From the NCBI GenBank assembly GCA_949283025.1, contig CASDRB010000010.1, positions 226-64,225 on the forward strand: a stretch of DNA of 64,000 nucleotides, given 5' to 3'. The translations under genes and the position numbers were made by a program. This DNA is from an uncultured bacterium (GTDB lineage Bacteria; Bacillota_I; Bacilli_A; RFN20; CAG-826). Under the pieces are notes generated by a model. It did not search any database, had not been told where the DNA came from, and saw nothing but the letters and a program-made list of their open reading frames with translations. Below are positions 50,185 through 63,447 of the stretch, piece after piece (the first letter of the stretch is position 1; every line of letters begins with the position of its first letter).

Positions 50185-50310
50185 ATGGATGAATACGAAA
50201 ACAAGAAAAAGTTGCTATCTAAACGAAGAATTTATTTAGCGTTTATTGGATTAGATATTGTCTTTGCGGCTTATTTAATCTATCAAGTGATTTGTGTTTT
50301 TACAAATTAA
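50185..50310 (+). CDS. Unannotated 41-aa single-TM protein (MDEYENKKKLLSKRRIYLAFIGLDIVFAAYLIYQVICVFTN)
   Basis: Starts 1 nt after the asnS stop and ends just before the terminator; basic stretch followed by a hydrophobic helix. Confidence 0.6.
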   Translation: MDEYENKKKLLSKRRIYLAFIGLDIVFAAYLIYQVICVFTN

Positions 50311-50338
50311 AAAATAACGGTTGACCGTTATTTTTTTT
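50309..50338. terminator. Bidirectional terminator
   Basis: AAAAAATAACGG-ttga-CCGTTATTTTTT. Confidence 0.75.
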
Positions 50339-51149
50339 CTTTGCTTCCTTCGGTAGCATCAATATTGCCTTTATCAATAATTGGTGGATTGTTAGTGATG
50401 TTATTTTGATTGTTTGGATTTTGGGCAAATTGATTCATTTGCTGATTGACTTGGTTGATAGCTTGATTCCAACGCATCTGTTGTAAATTGGCTTGATTCA
50501 TTCTCATTTGTTGCATATTTTCTTCGTTGATATTAAAGCCTTCAAGCGATTTGGAATAAACAGAATCAGCTAATTTATACATGCGGATGGTTCTAGCAAT
50601 TAAACATTGTAAACATATCAAATACCAAATTGCTCCAACTAAGAAAATAGGAACAAATAGGTAAGACCAAATTGCTTCTAATTCAAAATGTGGTGAATTT
50701 AAAAGCGGTGGCCAATTAGCGATGATTTTAATTCCAAAAAAATCAGTGTAAATTTCAGGATCGTTAAAATCCCATAAAAACAACAATGTAGTAAAACCTT
50801 GCTTATGATAATCAAAAATATCATAAGTAAATTCATAGATAGCTTCTGCAATAAATAAAATGATAAAAGAGAAAATTAAAACTAACAAGGGAATCCACGC
50901 AGTCTTGAAAAAGTATCGCCAATTCTTTTTCCTTGCCACTTTTAAAAATCCTTTTTTGTCTTCGACGACTCTAGTTATGACAATATCTGACATCATTGTA
51001 TCTAATCTTTTTCCTTGCCACGTCATAATTCTTGCTGTCAATACGCCAATATAACCAGCAATAATAAAAACTAATATTAAAACTAGACAAACAGCAATTA
51101 GAATTCTTTTATCCGTTTCACTTAATTGCAATAAAATCTGAGGCATCAT
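50328..51149 (-). CDS. Three-TM membrane protein with Q/N-rich C-terminal tail
   Basis: Three hydrophobic segments; tail QQMRMNQANLQQMRWNQAINQVNQQMNQ; TAATG coupling with the upstream gene. Confidence 0.75.
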   Translation of the reverse strand: MMPQILLQLSETDKRILIAVCLVLILVFIIAGYIGVLTARIMTWQGKRLDTMMSDIVITRVVEDKKGFLKVARKKNWRYFFKTAWIPLLVLIFSFIILFIAEAIYEFTYDIFDYHKQGFTTLLFLWDFNDPEIYTDFFGIKIIANWPPLLNSPHFELEAIWSYLFVPIFLVGAIWYLICLQCLIARTIRMYKLADSVYSKSLEGFNINEENMQQMRMNQANLQQMRWNQAINQVNQQMNQFAQNPNNQNNITNNPPIIDKGNIDATEGSKEKK

Positions 51150-51763
51150 TATTTATCTCCTTCCTCATCATAAGATGAAACGGTATTTGTTGGTCGCGTG
51201 TCTTCTTCTTTTTCAATGTATTCATCACTTTCAAATACATGGTTATTTGTATTATCAACTTTAACCTCTTCCATTTGGTTTGATTTACCGATTTTGTTTA
51301 AAGCATCTTGAAAAGAGGCAGGGGAAATTTCATCCTCATTTATTGGTGTATCATTCGGCTCTAAAATATGAGCAACTTTTGTTTCTTCGATTGTTGGTTC
51401 TGGTTCAGGAAGAGGCTCATGTTTGTTTTCGCTAATTTGCAAATAAGGTCTTTGCTCAATTGTAGAAGTTTCAATAGCATCTTGTTTGATAATAGTTTGA
51501 ACTGGAGCGGTGTTTTTGTTTATTTCTTGTTGAATTAATGAAATGGGATCTTGGAGTATCGCTAATCGCTTTTTTGCCTCGATATCTTCACTCATTTCGC
51601 CCACGATATTTTCACCTTTAAAAAACAAAATTAAGCCTTTTATTCCAATGACAATAAAAGAAAATAATGAAACGATAAAATATCCAACTAAAAATACCAC
51701 CAGAAGTGGGAATGTGATTACATATATAATACCTTTACCTAATGTTTTAAAAAAACTAGCCAT
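51149..51763 (-). CDS. Membrane-anchored protein with long acidic, likely disordered tail
   Basis: N-terminal hydrophobic region, then E/P/D-rich sequence. Confidence 0.72.
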   Translation of the reverse strand: MASFFKTLGKGIIYVITFPLLVVFLVGYFIVSLFSFIVIGIKGLILFFKGENIVGEMSEDIEAKKRLAILQDPISLIQQEINKNTAPVQTIIKQDAIETSTIEQRPYLQISENKHEPLPEPEPTIEETKVAHILEPNDTPINEDEISPASFQDALNKIGKSNQMEEVKVDNTNNHVFESDEYIEKEEDTRPTNTVSSYDEEGDK

Positions 51764-51768
51764 ACTTT

Positions 51769-52689
51769 TTACTTGTTTTCAACTTTCTTCATTTTATCTT
51801 TTTTTAATTTATTTAACAAATCAAATAATGCTAATGTAGCACTTGCAAAATTAAATGTGGTTAAAATTAAAAATCCACTGCCACGAGGCATGTATTGATA
51901 TACAATAGCAAATAGCAATAATGAAATGACAAAAAAGCAGCAATTTAAAATTATATAAAGTTTATTTTTTTTAAGGCAAGTTTTAACAGCGATTTCAATT
52001 CCAAATAAAAAAGAAATCATCATGCATAAATAAGCGACATCAAGTATAAAAAACGCAAAAATAACACTTAACAAAATCGATGTATAACACGCGATAATGT
52101 TTAATAAAAAAAACTTATCTTGGTCATTGATAACATAGCCAAATTTTGGCAACTCATCTTTTATAATCATATAAGAAAAAACTGATTGTATTAATGAAAT
52201 CAAAAAAATAAACGATGGAACAATGACATAAAATAAATCAAAATTTTGAAGCGCTAATAAATTGGCAATCGTGTCGATAATATTTATTTTTAAAACAAAT
52301 TCAGAAAATACAATGGCAATATATGCAAAAAACATTTGAATCATTGTCGAAATAAAAATCAAATATAAGTTAGGTATTTTAATTTTTATAAATACAGCAA
52401 AAATAAATCCAGTTATCATCGCAGGCAAAATATAAAATATAGGGATAGTTATATCCCAAATAGCCGAAACAAAACAAAGCCCTAATGTGACGATAATATA
52501 AAGTGGATAATATCTTTTTTGACAACATAATGCCACTAAAACAGATGTTAATGGCAAAATTAAAATGAGAATAAATATAATGTAAGGAAGAAAAGCAAAA
52601 AGAAGGGCGAAAATGACATTTATTGCCGCCATAATTGAAATAAAGGCAATGTTTCCAATAGGAGTATCTTTCTTTTTGAATTCAAACAT
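51769..52689 (-). CDS. Polytopic membrane protein, possibly DUF2232/YybS-like
   Basis: ~10 TMs; N-terminal pattern resembles DUF2232. Confidence 0.6.
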   Translation of the reverse strand: MFEFKKKDTPIGNIAFISIMAAINVIFALLFAFLPYIIFILILILPLTSVLVALCCQKRYYPLYIIVTLGLCFVSAIWDITIPIFYILPAMITGFIFAVFIKIKIPNLYLIFISTMIQMFFAYIAIVFSEFVLKINIIDTIANLLALQNFDLFYVIVPSFIFLISLIQSVFSYMIIKDELPKFGYVINDQDKFFLLNIIACYTSILLSVIFAFFILDVAYLCMMISFLFGIEIAVKTCLKKNKLYIILNCCFFVISLLLFAIVYQYMPRGSGFLILTTFNFASATLALFDLLNKLKKDKMKKVENK

Positions 52690-52712
52690 AAAAATATTTT
52701 ATCACATTTTTT

Positions 52713-52736
52713 GGTCTATACATATATTTATAGACC
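52713..52736. promoter_or_regulatory. 24-bp palindrome in a divergent promoter region
   Basis: GGTCTATA-c-ATATAT-t-TATAGACC. Confidence 0.45.
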
Positions 52737-52747
52737 TATTAAATAAT

Positions 52748-53176
52748 ATGAAAAAAAATTTATTATTATCAATGCTTTTTTTGTTGTGCAGTTGTGCAAA
52801 TTTAAATTCGAGTTCTTTAAGTTGTTCTTATGATTATGATGATGTTAAGGAGCTGCATATTGAATATTTTGATATGTTTTCTTTGCAAAAATCATATTAT
52901 TTTGTATATTTTTATCAAATAAATTGTTTGCACTGTCTTTTAATTAAAGACATTGTAATTGAGTATGCATTATCAAATTATGGCACATTATTTTTAATAT
53001 TATACGATGAAAAAATACCATTGTGCGAGGATGTTAGCGATACAATTGGTCTTAATAGTGTAGATGGTTTTGGAATTTTAGGGACACCGACATTAGTTTT
53101 AATAAAAGAACACAAAATATTTTTGAATGTAGCAGGCGAAGATTTAATTAAAAGTGTTTTAAATGAGTACAATTAA
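52748..53176 (+). CDS. Thioredoxin-fold lipoprotein
   Basis: MKK signal with lipobox LCS-C; VYFYQINCLHC (CxxC) and GTPTL cis-Pro loop. Confidence 0.75.
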   Translation: MKKNLLLSMLFLLCSCANLNSSSLSCSYDYDDVKELHIEYFDMFSLQKSYYFVYFYQINCLHCLLIKDIVIEYALSNYGTLFLILYDEKIPLCEDVSDTIGLNSVDGFGILGTPTLVLIKEHKIFLNVAGEDLIKSVLNEYN

Positions 53177-53177
53177 A

Positions 53178-53220
53178 TTGAATAAGCTGTCATATTTTGC
53201 TAATATATTGCTAGCAATAT

Positions 53221-53222
<2 letters not shown>
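53178..53222 (+). promoter_or_regulatory. pcrA promoter overlapped by a 20-bp perfect palindrome
   Basis: TTGAAT-17-TAATAT with TG extension; ATATATTGCTAGCAATATAT at 53203-53222. Confidence 0.5.
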
Positions 53223-57457
<4,235 letters not shown>

Positions 57458-57514
57458 ATATAGAAATTAATATTTAATTGCTATATTATCTTTATGTTAT
57501 CAAGGAGGTTGTCC

Positions 57515-57811
57515 ATGAAAAAAGTTGATAAAGAAGTTTTAAAACAAGCAGCAAATAACTTGCTATTTGATATGTCAGAGGAAGAATATGAAAAATTAAA
57601 TAAAGAGTTTGAGGTCATCTTATCTCAAATGCAGTTTATCGGAAGTTTAAAAGGAATAGATGAACTAGAACCTATGACTTTTCCATTTGATGTCAGCATA
57701 TCTTATTTAAGAAATGATGAAGCCGGTCAACCTCTCAGCCAAAAAGATGCTTTAAAAAATGCTCATGATGTTGTTTTAGGACAAATAAAATTGCCAAAGG
57801 TGGTGGGATAA
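57515..57811 (+). CDS. gatC: Asp/Glu-tRNA amidotransferase subunit C
   Basis: EPM..P, LR.D, L.NA, PKVV; precedes gatA. Confidence 0.88.
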   Translation: MKKVDKEVLKQAANNLLFDMSEEEYEKLNKEFEVILSQMQFIGSLKGIDELEPMTFPFDVSISYLRNDEAGQPLSQKDALKNAHDVVLGQIKLPKVVG

Positions 57812-59271
57812 TGTCATATTTAGATTTAACAATAGAAGAAATTCATCAAGCTTTAATAACAAAAAAAGTCACCCCTTTGCAATTGGTTAAAGAAGCCATT
57901 CAAAGAGCTAAAGACAATAAAGATAATGCTTTTGAATATATAGATGAAAAAAACGCAATCGAAAGGGCGAGTTTATTGACTGAACCTAACGACAATTTGT
58001 TTTGGGGAATTCCATATGTTGCCAAAGATAATTTTTCTACTAAAGGCGTGCCTACTACAGCCTCTAGCAATATTTTAAATGGTTATGTTCCATTATTTGA
58101 TGCGACAGTAATTGAAAAATTAAATAATGCTGGCGCCATCATGATTGGTAAAACTACATTGGATGAATTGGCCATGGGAGGCACTGGAACTAGCGGTCAT
58201 AAAGGCATTACGTATAATCCTTTTGATCGTAATCATAATCATTTAATTGGTGGTTCTTCATGTGGAAGCGCTGTCGCTGTATGCGATAATATCGTTCCAT
58301 TTGCTTTAGGCAGTGACACTGGTGATTCAGTAAGAAAGCCTGCTTCAAATGCTGGATTGGTTGGATTTAAACCTACTTGGGGTCGTATTTCTAGATATGG
58401 TCTATTTCCATTTGCACCATCTTTAGATCATGTGGCTTATTTTACAAGAAGCGTTAATGATAGCGCTATTGCTTTAACTTTATTAGAAGGTCACGATGAT
58501 AAAGATATGACTTCTTCTTTTAAACAAGGTCAAGATTATATTAAAGCAATAAATGGCAATTATAAAAATTACAAAATTGCTATTATAAAACCAATTTTAG
58601 ATTCTATTAATAATCAAGAAATTAAAAAATGTTTTCTTGAATCGGTAAATAATTTAAAAGCGCGTGGAGTAATAATTGAAGAAATTGATTTTGATTTAGA
58701 TTTGTTAAAAGCAATTTATCCAATTTATAATGTAATTTCTTGTGCGGAAGCAACTTCAAATAACGCTAATTTAGATGGTATTAAATTTGGTCCAAGATTT
58801 GAAGGAAACACTTATCAAGAAGTAATGAAAAATGCTCGAACAAATGGATTTTCAAGTTTAATTAAAAGAAGATTTGTCATCGGTTCTTATGCTTTGATGA
58901 AAGAAAATCAAAATGAATTATTTTTAAGAGCTCAAAAAGGACGAAGAAAAATTGTTGACGAAATTAACAAGATATTTGAAAATTATGATTTTATTTATTT
59001 ACCTGCATCTCCTAATACCGCTCCTTTAATTAACGATTCTTCCGATGCTTTAAGCAATGAATATTTAATTGCTGATAATTATTTAGCCATTGGCAATTTT
59101 GGTGGTTTTCCATCTTTGACTTTGCCAATTGGATTAATTGATGGATTGCCTATTGGTGCCAATATCACTGGTCGTCCTTTTGAAGAAGGAAAAGTATTCA
59201 ATATTTGCTCGTTAATTGAAAAAACAACTAATTTGAAAAATTTAAATGCTAGAACGAAAGGAGACAAATAG
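57811..59271 (+). CDS. gatA: Asp/Glu-tRNA amidotransferase subunit A
   Basis: GIP...KDN, GKT.LDE.AMG, GGSS.GSA, GSDTGDSVRKPA, KRR..IG. Confidence 0.95.
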   Translation: MSYLDLTIEEIHQALITKKVTPLQLVKEAIQRAKDNKDNAFEYIDEKNAIERASLLTEPNDNLFWGIPYVAKDNFSTKGVPTTASSNILNGYVPLFDATVIEKLNNAGAIMIGKTTLDELAMGGTGTSGHKGITYNPFDRNHNHLIGGSSCGSAVAVCDNIVPFALGSDTGDSVRKPASNAGLVGFKPTWGRISRYGLFPFAPSLDHVAYFTRSVNDSAIALTLLEGHDDKDMTSSFKQGQDYIKAINGNYKNYKIAIIKPILDSINNQEIKKCFLESVNNLKARGVIIEEIDFDLDLLKAIYPIYNVISCAEATSNNANLDGIKFGPRFEGNTYQEVMKNARTNGFSSLIKRRFVIGSYALMKENQNELFLRAQKGRRKIVDEINKIFENYDFIYLPASPNTAPLINDSSDALSNEYLIADNYLAIGNFGGFPSLTLPIGLIDGLPIGANITGRPFEEGKVFNICSLIEKTTNLKNLNARTKGDK

Positions 59272-59272
59272 T

Positions 59273-60697
59273 ATGAATTTTGAAGCAGTAATAGGTTTAG
59301 AAATTCACGTCCAAATGAAAACCAAATCTAAAATGTTTTCTAATGCTCCTGTCAGTTATGGCGCGTATCCAAATTGTGAAGTTGCATTATTGGATATGGC
59401 TTTTCCTGGAACGATGCCTGTTGTCAATATGCAAGCAGTTATCAATGGTATTAGAGTGGCGAACGCTTTGCATATGAGCATTGATAATGAATTGTGGTTT
59501 GATCGTAAAAACTATTTTTATTCAGATTTGCCCAAAGGCTATCAAATTACTCAAAATGCTAGACCAATAGGTCATGATGGATATCTTGAAATTAAAACAT
59601 CAAAAGGCATTAAAAAAATCGGTGTTGAACGCATCCATTTAGAAGAAGATACTTGCAAGCAACTCCATTTTAATGATTATACTTTAATCGATTATAATAG
59701 AGCAGGTATTCCGTTAGCAGAAATTGTGTCAAAACCAGATTTAAGAAGCGGCGAAGAAGCGATGAAATATGTTGAAACAATTCGATCTATTGTCTCGTTT
59801 TTAGATGTTTCTGATGGAAAGATGGAAGAAGGGTCTTTAAGATGTGATGTCAACGTTTCAATTCGACCTTTTGGAAGCGATAAATTTGGCACTAAAGTTG
59901 AAATTAAAAATCTCAATAGTATTTCTAATGTCCAACTTGCCATTGATTATGAGATTAAGCGTCAAGAAGCCTTGCTTTTATCAGGTGGGGAAGTGCAACA
60001 AGAAACAAGAAGATTTGATGAAGATAGCAAAACAACAGTTTTAATGAGAGTAAAAACTGACGCTGTCGATTATAAATATTTTGTCGAACCTAACATCCCA
60101 CCCATTAAGTTGAGCGATGAATTTATTCGACATGCCATTGAAACTTCTAATGAATTAGCGTCTAGTAAAATAAAACGTTATTTGGATTTGGGATTGAATG
60201 AGTATGATGCTAATCAATTGATACAAAATCGGGATATATCAAATTATTTTGATGATGCTAGTCAATATGGTGCCAATCCTAAATTGTTAGCCAATTGGAT
60301 TAATGTCGATGTGATGGCGGTATTGAATAAAGAAGAAATTGAAATGAAAGATTTCATTATTTCTGCTAAACATTTAGCTGAGTTAGTCAAATTGATTGAT
60401 AGCAAGCAAATTTCCAATAAGCAAGCAAGAGATGTGTTTAGCATCATGTTAAAAAAAGATGATGATCCTCAACAAATAGTTGCTTCATTAGGACAAACTA
60501 TGGTCAGTGATGAAGAAGTAATTTTAAATCTTATTCATCAAGTTTTGCAAAGCAACAAACAAAGCATTCAAGATTACAAAAATGGTAAAGACAGAGCGCT
60601 TGGATATTTAGTTGGTCAAGTAATGAAATTATCCAAAGGGCAAGCTAATCCTGGCTTAACTTCTAAATTATTGCTTAAGGAGATTGAAAAATATTAA
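59273..60697 (+). CDS. gatB: Asp/Glu-tRNA amidotransferase subunit B
   Basis: IGLEIH, FDRKNYFY.DLPKGYQITQ, D.NRAG.PL.EIV, LRCD.NVS. Confidence 0.97.
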   Translation: MNFEAVIGLEIHVQMKTKSKMFSNAPVSYGAYPNCEVALLDMAFPGTMPVVNMQAVINGIRVANALHMSIDNELWFDRKNYFYSDLPKGYQITQNARPIGHDGYLEIKTSKGIKKIGVERIHLEEDTCKQLHFNDYTLIDYNRAGIPLAEIVSKPDLRSGEEAMKYVETIRSIVSFLDVSDGKMEEGSLRCDVNVSIRPFGSDKFGTKVEIKNLNSISNVQLAIDYEIKRQEALLLSGGEVQQETRRFDEDSKTTVLMRVKTDAVDYKYFVEPNIPPIKLSDEFIRHAIETSNELASSKIKRYLDLGLNEYDANQLIQNRDISNYFDDASQYGANPKLLANWINVDVMAVLNKEEIEMKDFIISAKHLAELVKLIDSKQISNKQARDVFSIMLKKDDDPQQIVASLGQTMVSDEEVILNLIHQVLQSNKQSIQDYKNGKDRALGYLVGQVMKLSKGQANPGLTSKLLLKEIEKY

Positions 60698-60698
60698 T

Positions 60699-61712
60699 AT
60701 GAAAATTTTAGTTACTGGCGGTGCTGGATATATAGGTAGTCACACTGTATGCGCTTTATTAAAGCAAGGTGATGAAGTTGTTATCGTCGATAATTTGTGC
60801 AATTCTAAAATTGAAGTTTTGAAAAGAATTGAAAAAATATGTGGCAAAACTCCAACTTTTTATCAAATTTCTGTGCAAGATGAAGTTAAATTAGATGAAG
60901 TTTTTTCAAATGAACATGTCGACGCTATTATTCATTTTGCGGGCCTGAAATCTGTTGGCGAATCGGTTTTAAAACCTGATTTATATTATTCGAATAATGT
61001 GGGTTCAAGTGAAGTGCTGATTAAATTGATGAAAAAGCATCATGTTAAAAATATCGTGTTTTCATCTAGCGCTACTGTTTATGGTACCCCAAAGCGCGTT
61101 CCTTTATATGAAAGCGATCCGATTGGAGGATGCACTAATCCTTATGGCGAAACAAAAGTAGTAATTGAAAAGATGTTGCAAGAAGAAGCCAAAAAAGATC
61201 CTAGTTTAAATGTTGCTATTTTGCGTTATTTCAACCCAATTGGAGCGCATCCAAGCGGACTAATTGGTGAAGATCCACAAGGCATTCCTAATAATTTAAT
61301 GCCATATATAACTCAAGTAGCGTGCAAGAAATTAGAATGTCTCAATGTTTTTGGAAATGATTACGACACCGTCGATGGAACTGGTGTCAGAGATTACATT
61401 CATGTTATGGATTTAGCAGATGGTCATTTAGCTGCGTTGAATAAATTATATCAAAATCCTGGTTTAGTCATTTACAATTTAGGAACTGGTAAAGGAACAT
61501 CTGTTTTAGAATTGATTCACGCTTTTGAAAAAGCTAATAATTTGATTATTCCATATGTGATTAAACCACGACGTCCTGGCGATATAGCAACTAGTTATGC
61601 CAACGCTGATAAGGCCTATCAAGAAATGAAATGGAAAGCTAAATATAACATTATAGATTGCTGCAAAGATGCTTGGAACTGGCAAAAGAATAATCCAAAT
61701 GGTTATAATTAA
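60699..61712 (+). CDS. galE: UDP-glucose 4-epimerase
   Basis: GGAGYIGSH, HFAGLK.VGES, SSSATVYG, Y..TK, LRYFNP.GAH, RDYIHV.DLA. Confidence 0.97.
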   Translation: MKILVTGGAGYIGSHTVCALLKQGDEVVIVDNLCNSKIEVLKRIEKICGKTPTFYQISVQDEVKLDEVFSNEHVDAIIHFAGLKSVGESVLKPDLYYSNNVGSSEVLIKLMKKHHVKNIVFSSSATVYGTPKRVPLYESDPIGGCTNPYGETKVVIEKMLQEEAKKDPSLNVAILRYFNPIGAHPSGLIGEDPQGIPNNLMPYITQVACKKLECLNVFGNDYDTVDGTGVRDYIHVMDLADGHLAALNKLYQNPGLVIYNLGTGKGTSVLELIHAFEKANNLIIPYVIKPRRPGDIATSYANADKAYQEMKWKAKYNIIDCCKDAWNWQKNNPNGYN

Positions 61713-61731
61713 TAAATAAGGAGATTTTACT

Positions 61732-62649
61732 ATGATTACAAGACAGCGTATCAGCCTTACATTAAAAGATCAAACTGTTTTATATGGTTGGTCTTGGAAA
61801 AACGATGAACCATGCATTGCCAATGTCATTATTGTCACAGGTATGGAAGAAACCGGTATCAGATATGAGGATTTTGCAAAATTTTTATGCCAAAACCATC
61901 TAAATGTCTATTGTATTGATCATTTTGGTCAAGGTGAAAATGTTTTACCAGATTTATCTAATTTAGGTATTTGGCCACGTTCCGGATTTAGAAAAATGGT
62001 TGTGGCTATTGACGATTTGGTTGGTGAATTAAAATTATCATGCCGCCCAATTTATGTATTCGCTCATTCGATGGGTTCTTTTATGATGCAAGATTATGTT
62101 CAACGTTTTGCGGGTCGAGTGGATAAAGTTGTCTTGTGTGGAACTGGTAAGAAAAATCCGTTAGCTGGCTTAGGGTTTTTAATTGCTAAATTAGTGGTTA
62201 ATAAGAAAAACGTTTACAAAAAAGCTAAATTATTAAATAAGTTGATGTTTGGTAGTTTTAATAAAGGAATTGAAAACGCCACACCTAGTTCATGGATTTC
62301 TCATAGCAAAGAAAATATTGCAAAATATGACCAAGATCCACTTTGTGGATTTGGACCAAATAATGGATTTTGTTATGAGTTTTTGAAGGGACTAAGCCGC
62401 ATTTGGAAACGAAAATTCTTGAAAAAGATTAGCCCAAATCTTCCAATGTTTTTAATTGCTGGAGATGGTGATCCTGTCACATCGTATGGCAAATCGCCTG
62501 AAGCCATGAAAAAATTATACGCCAAATATGGAAACAAAAATGTTGATACCAAAGTTTATAAACATGCTCGTCATGAAATATTGAATGAGGATTTTCCAAC
62601 CGCTCAAGAAGCGTATAACGATATTTTAAATTTTTTCTTAAAAGCATAA
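61732..62649 (+). CDS. Alpha/beta hydrolase (lysophospholipase/monoglyceride lipase-like)
   Basis: G..E...RY, DH.GQG, AHSMGS nucleophile elbow, G..DPV, RHEILNE. Confidence 0.88.
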   Translation: MITRQRISLTLKDQTVLYGWSWKNDEPCIANVIIVTGMEETGIRYEDFAKFLCQNHLNVYCIDHFGQGENVLPDLSNLGIWPRSGFRKMVVAIDDLVGELKLSCRPIYVFAHSMGSFMMQDYVQRFAGRVDKVVLCGTGKKNPLAGLGFLIAKLVVNKKNVYKKAKLLNKLMFGSFNKGIENATPSSWISHSKENIAKYDQDPLCGFGPNNGFCYEFLKGLSRIWKRKFLKKISPNLPMFLIAGDGDPVTSYGKSPEAMKKLYAKYGNKNVDTKVYKHARHEILNEDFPTAQEAYNDILNFFLKA

Positions 62650-62673
62650 AAAAGGGCTTGTGCCCTTTTATTT

Positions 62674-62750
62674 GTCCCTGTACCTCAGTTGGATAGAGGA
62701 ACCGCCTCCTAAGCGGTCTGCCGGTGGTTCGAATCCACTCAGGGACGCCA
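62674..62750 (+). tRNA. tRNA-Arg (anticodon CCT)
   Basis: Acceptor GTCCCTG/CAGGGAC plus GCCA, D-stem CCTC/GAGG, anticodon arm ACCGC-CTCCTAA-GCGGT, T-loop TTCGAAT. Confidence 0.95.
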
Positions 62751-62751
62751 T

Positions 62752-62773
62752 AAAGCCTTTTTAGGCTTTTTTT
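62752..62773 (+). terminator. Terminator after tRNA-Arg
   Basis: AAAGCCT-tttt-AGGCTTT followed by T-tract. Confidence 0.7.
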
Positions 62774-62828
62774 ATGTTTTGTTTTTTACTTTTTATATAT
62801 AAAATAAAATTATAAATAGGAGAAAAAT

Positions 62829-63446
62829 ATGAAAATTATATTAGTAAATGGCAGTCCCAATGTACATGGGTGTGTTGACGCTGCATTAAATATAGTGGCA
62901 GATCAATTAAAAAAAGAAAATATTGAAACTGAAATTATAAGTTTAGCTAACATTGTAGTTAATGATTGTTTAGGATGTGGAGCTTGCAATAAACTTAATA
63001 GATGCATTCAAGATGATATAGTTAACATAATCGGTGAAAAAGTCAAGGAAGCCGATGGATTCATTTTTGGTTCGCCGACATATTATGCTCACCCCAGCGG
63101 ACGATTATTGAGTTTAATGGATCGTTTATCAATGGCATATGGAGAATATCTTTCACACAAACCCGCTGCCGCAATTACAACCGCTCGACGAGGGGGAAGC
63201 GTTGCGGCTTTTGATGTTATCAATAAACATTTTTCCATCAATAACATGCCAATAATTGGTTCGACTTATTGGAACCAAGTCTATGGAACAACACCTTCTG
63301 ATATATATGCTGATAAAGAAGGTATTAATACTTTAAATAATCTTGCAAAAAACATGGCTTGGATATTAAGATGCATCGAATGTGGAAAACAAAACGGGAT
63401 TGATAAACCCCGTTTAGAAAAAGAAGCAATGAACTTCCATCATTAA
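62829..63446 (+). CDS. Flavodoxin-family (iron-sulfur flavoprotein-like) FMN-binding protein
   Basis: NGSP...G, C.GC..C....RC..DD, ADG.IFGSP.YY, RRGG. Confidence 0.88.
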   Translation: MKIILVNGSPNVHGCVDAALNIVADQLKKENIETEIISLANIVVNDCLGCGACNKLNRCIQDDIVNIIGEKVKEADGFIFGSPTYYAHPSGRLLSLMDRLSMAYGEYLSHKPAAAITTARRGGSVAAFDVINKHFSINNMPIIGSTYWNQVYGTTPSDIYADKEGINTLNNLAKNMAWILRCIECGKQNGIDKPRLEKEAMNFHH

Positions 63447-63447
63447 A

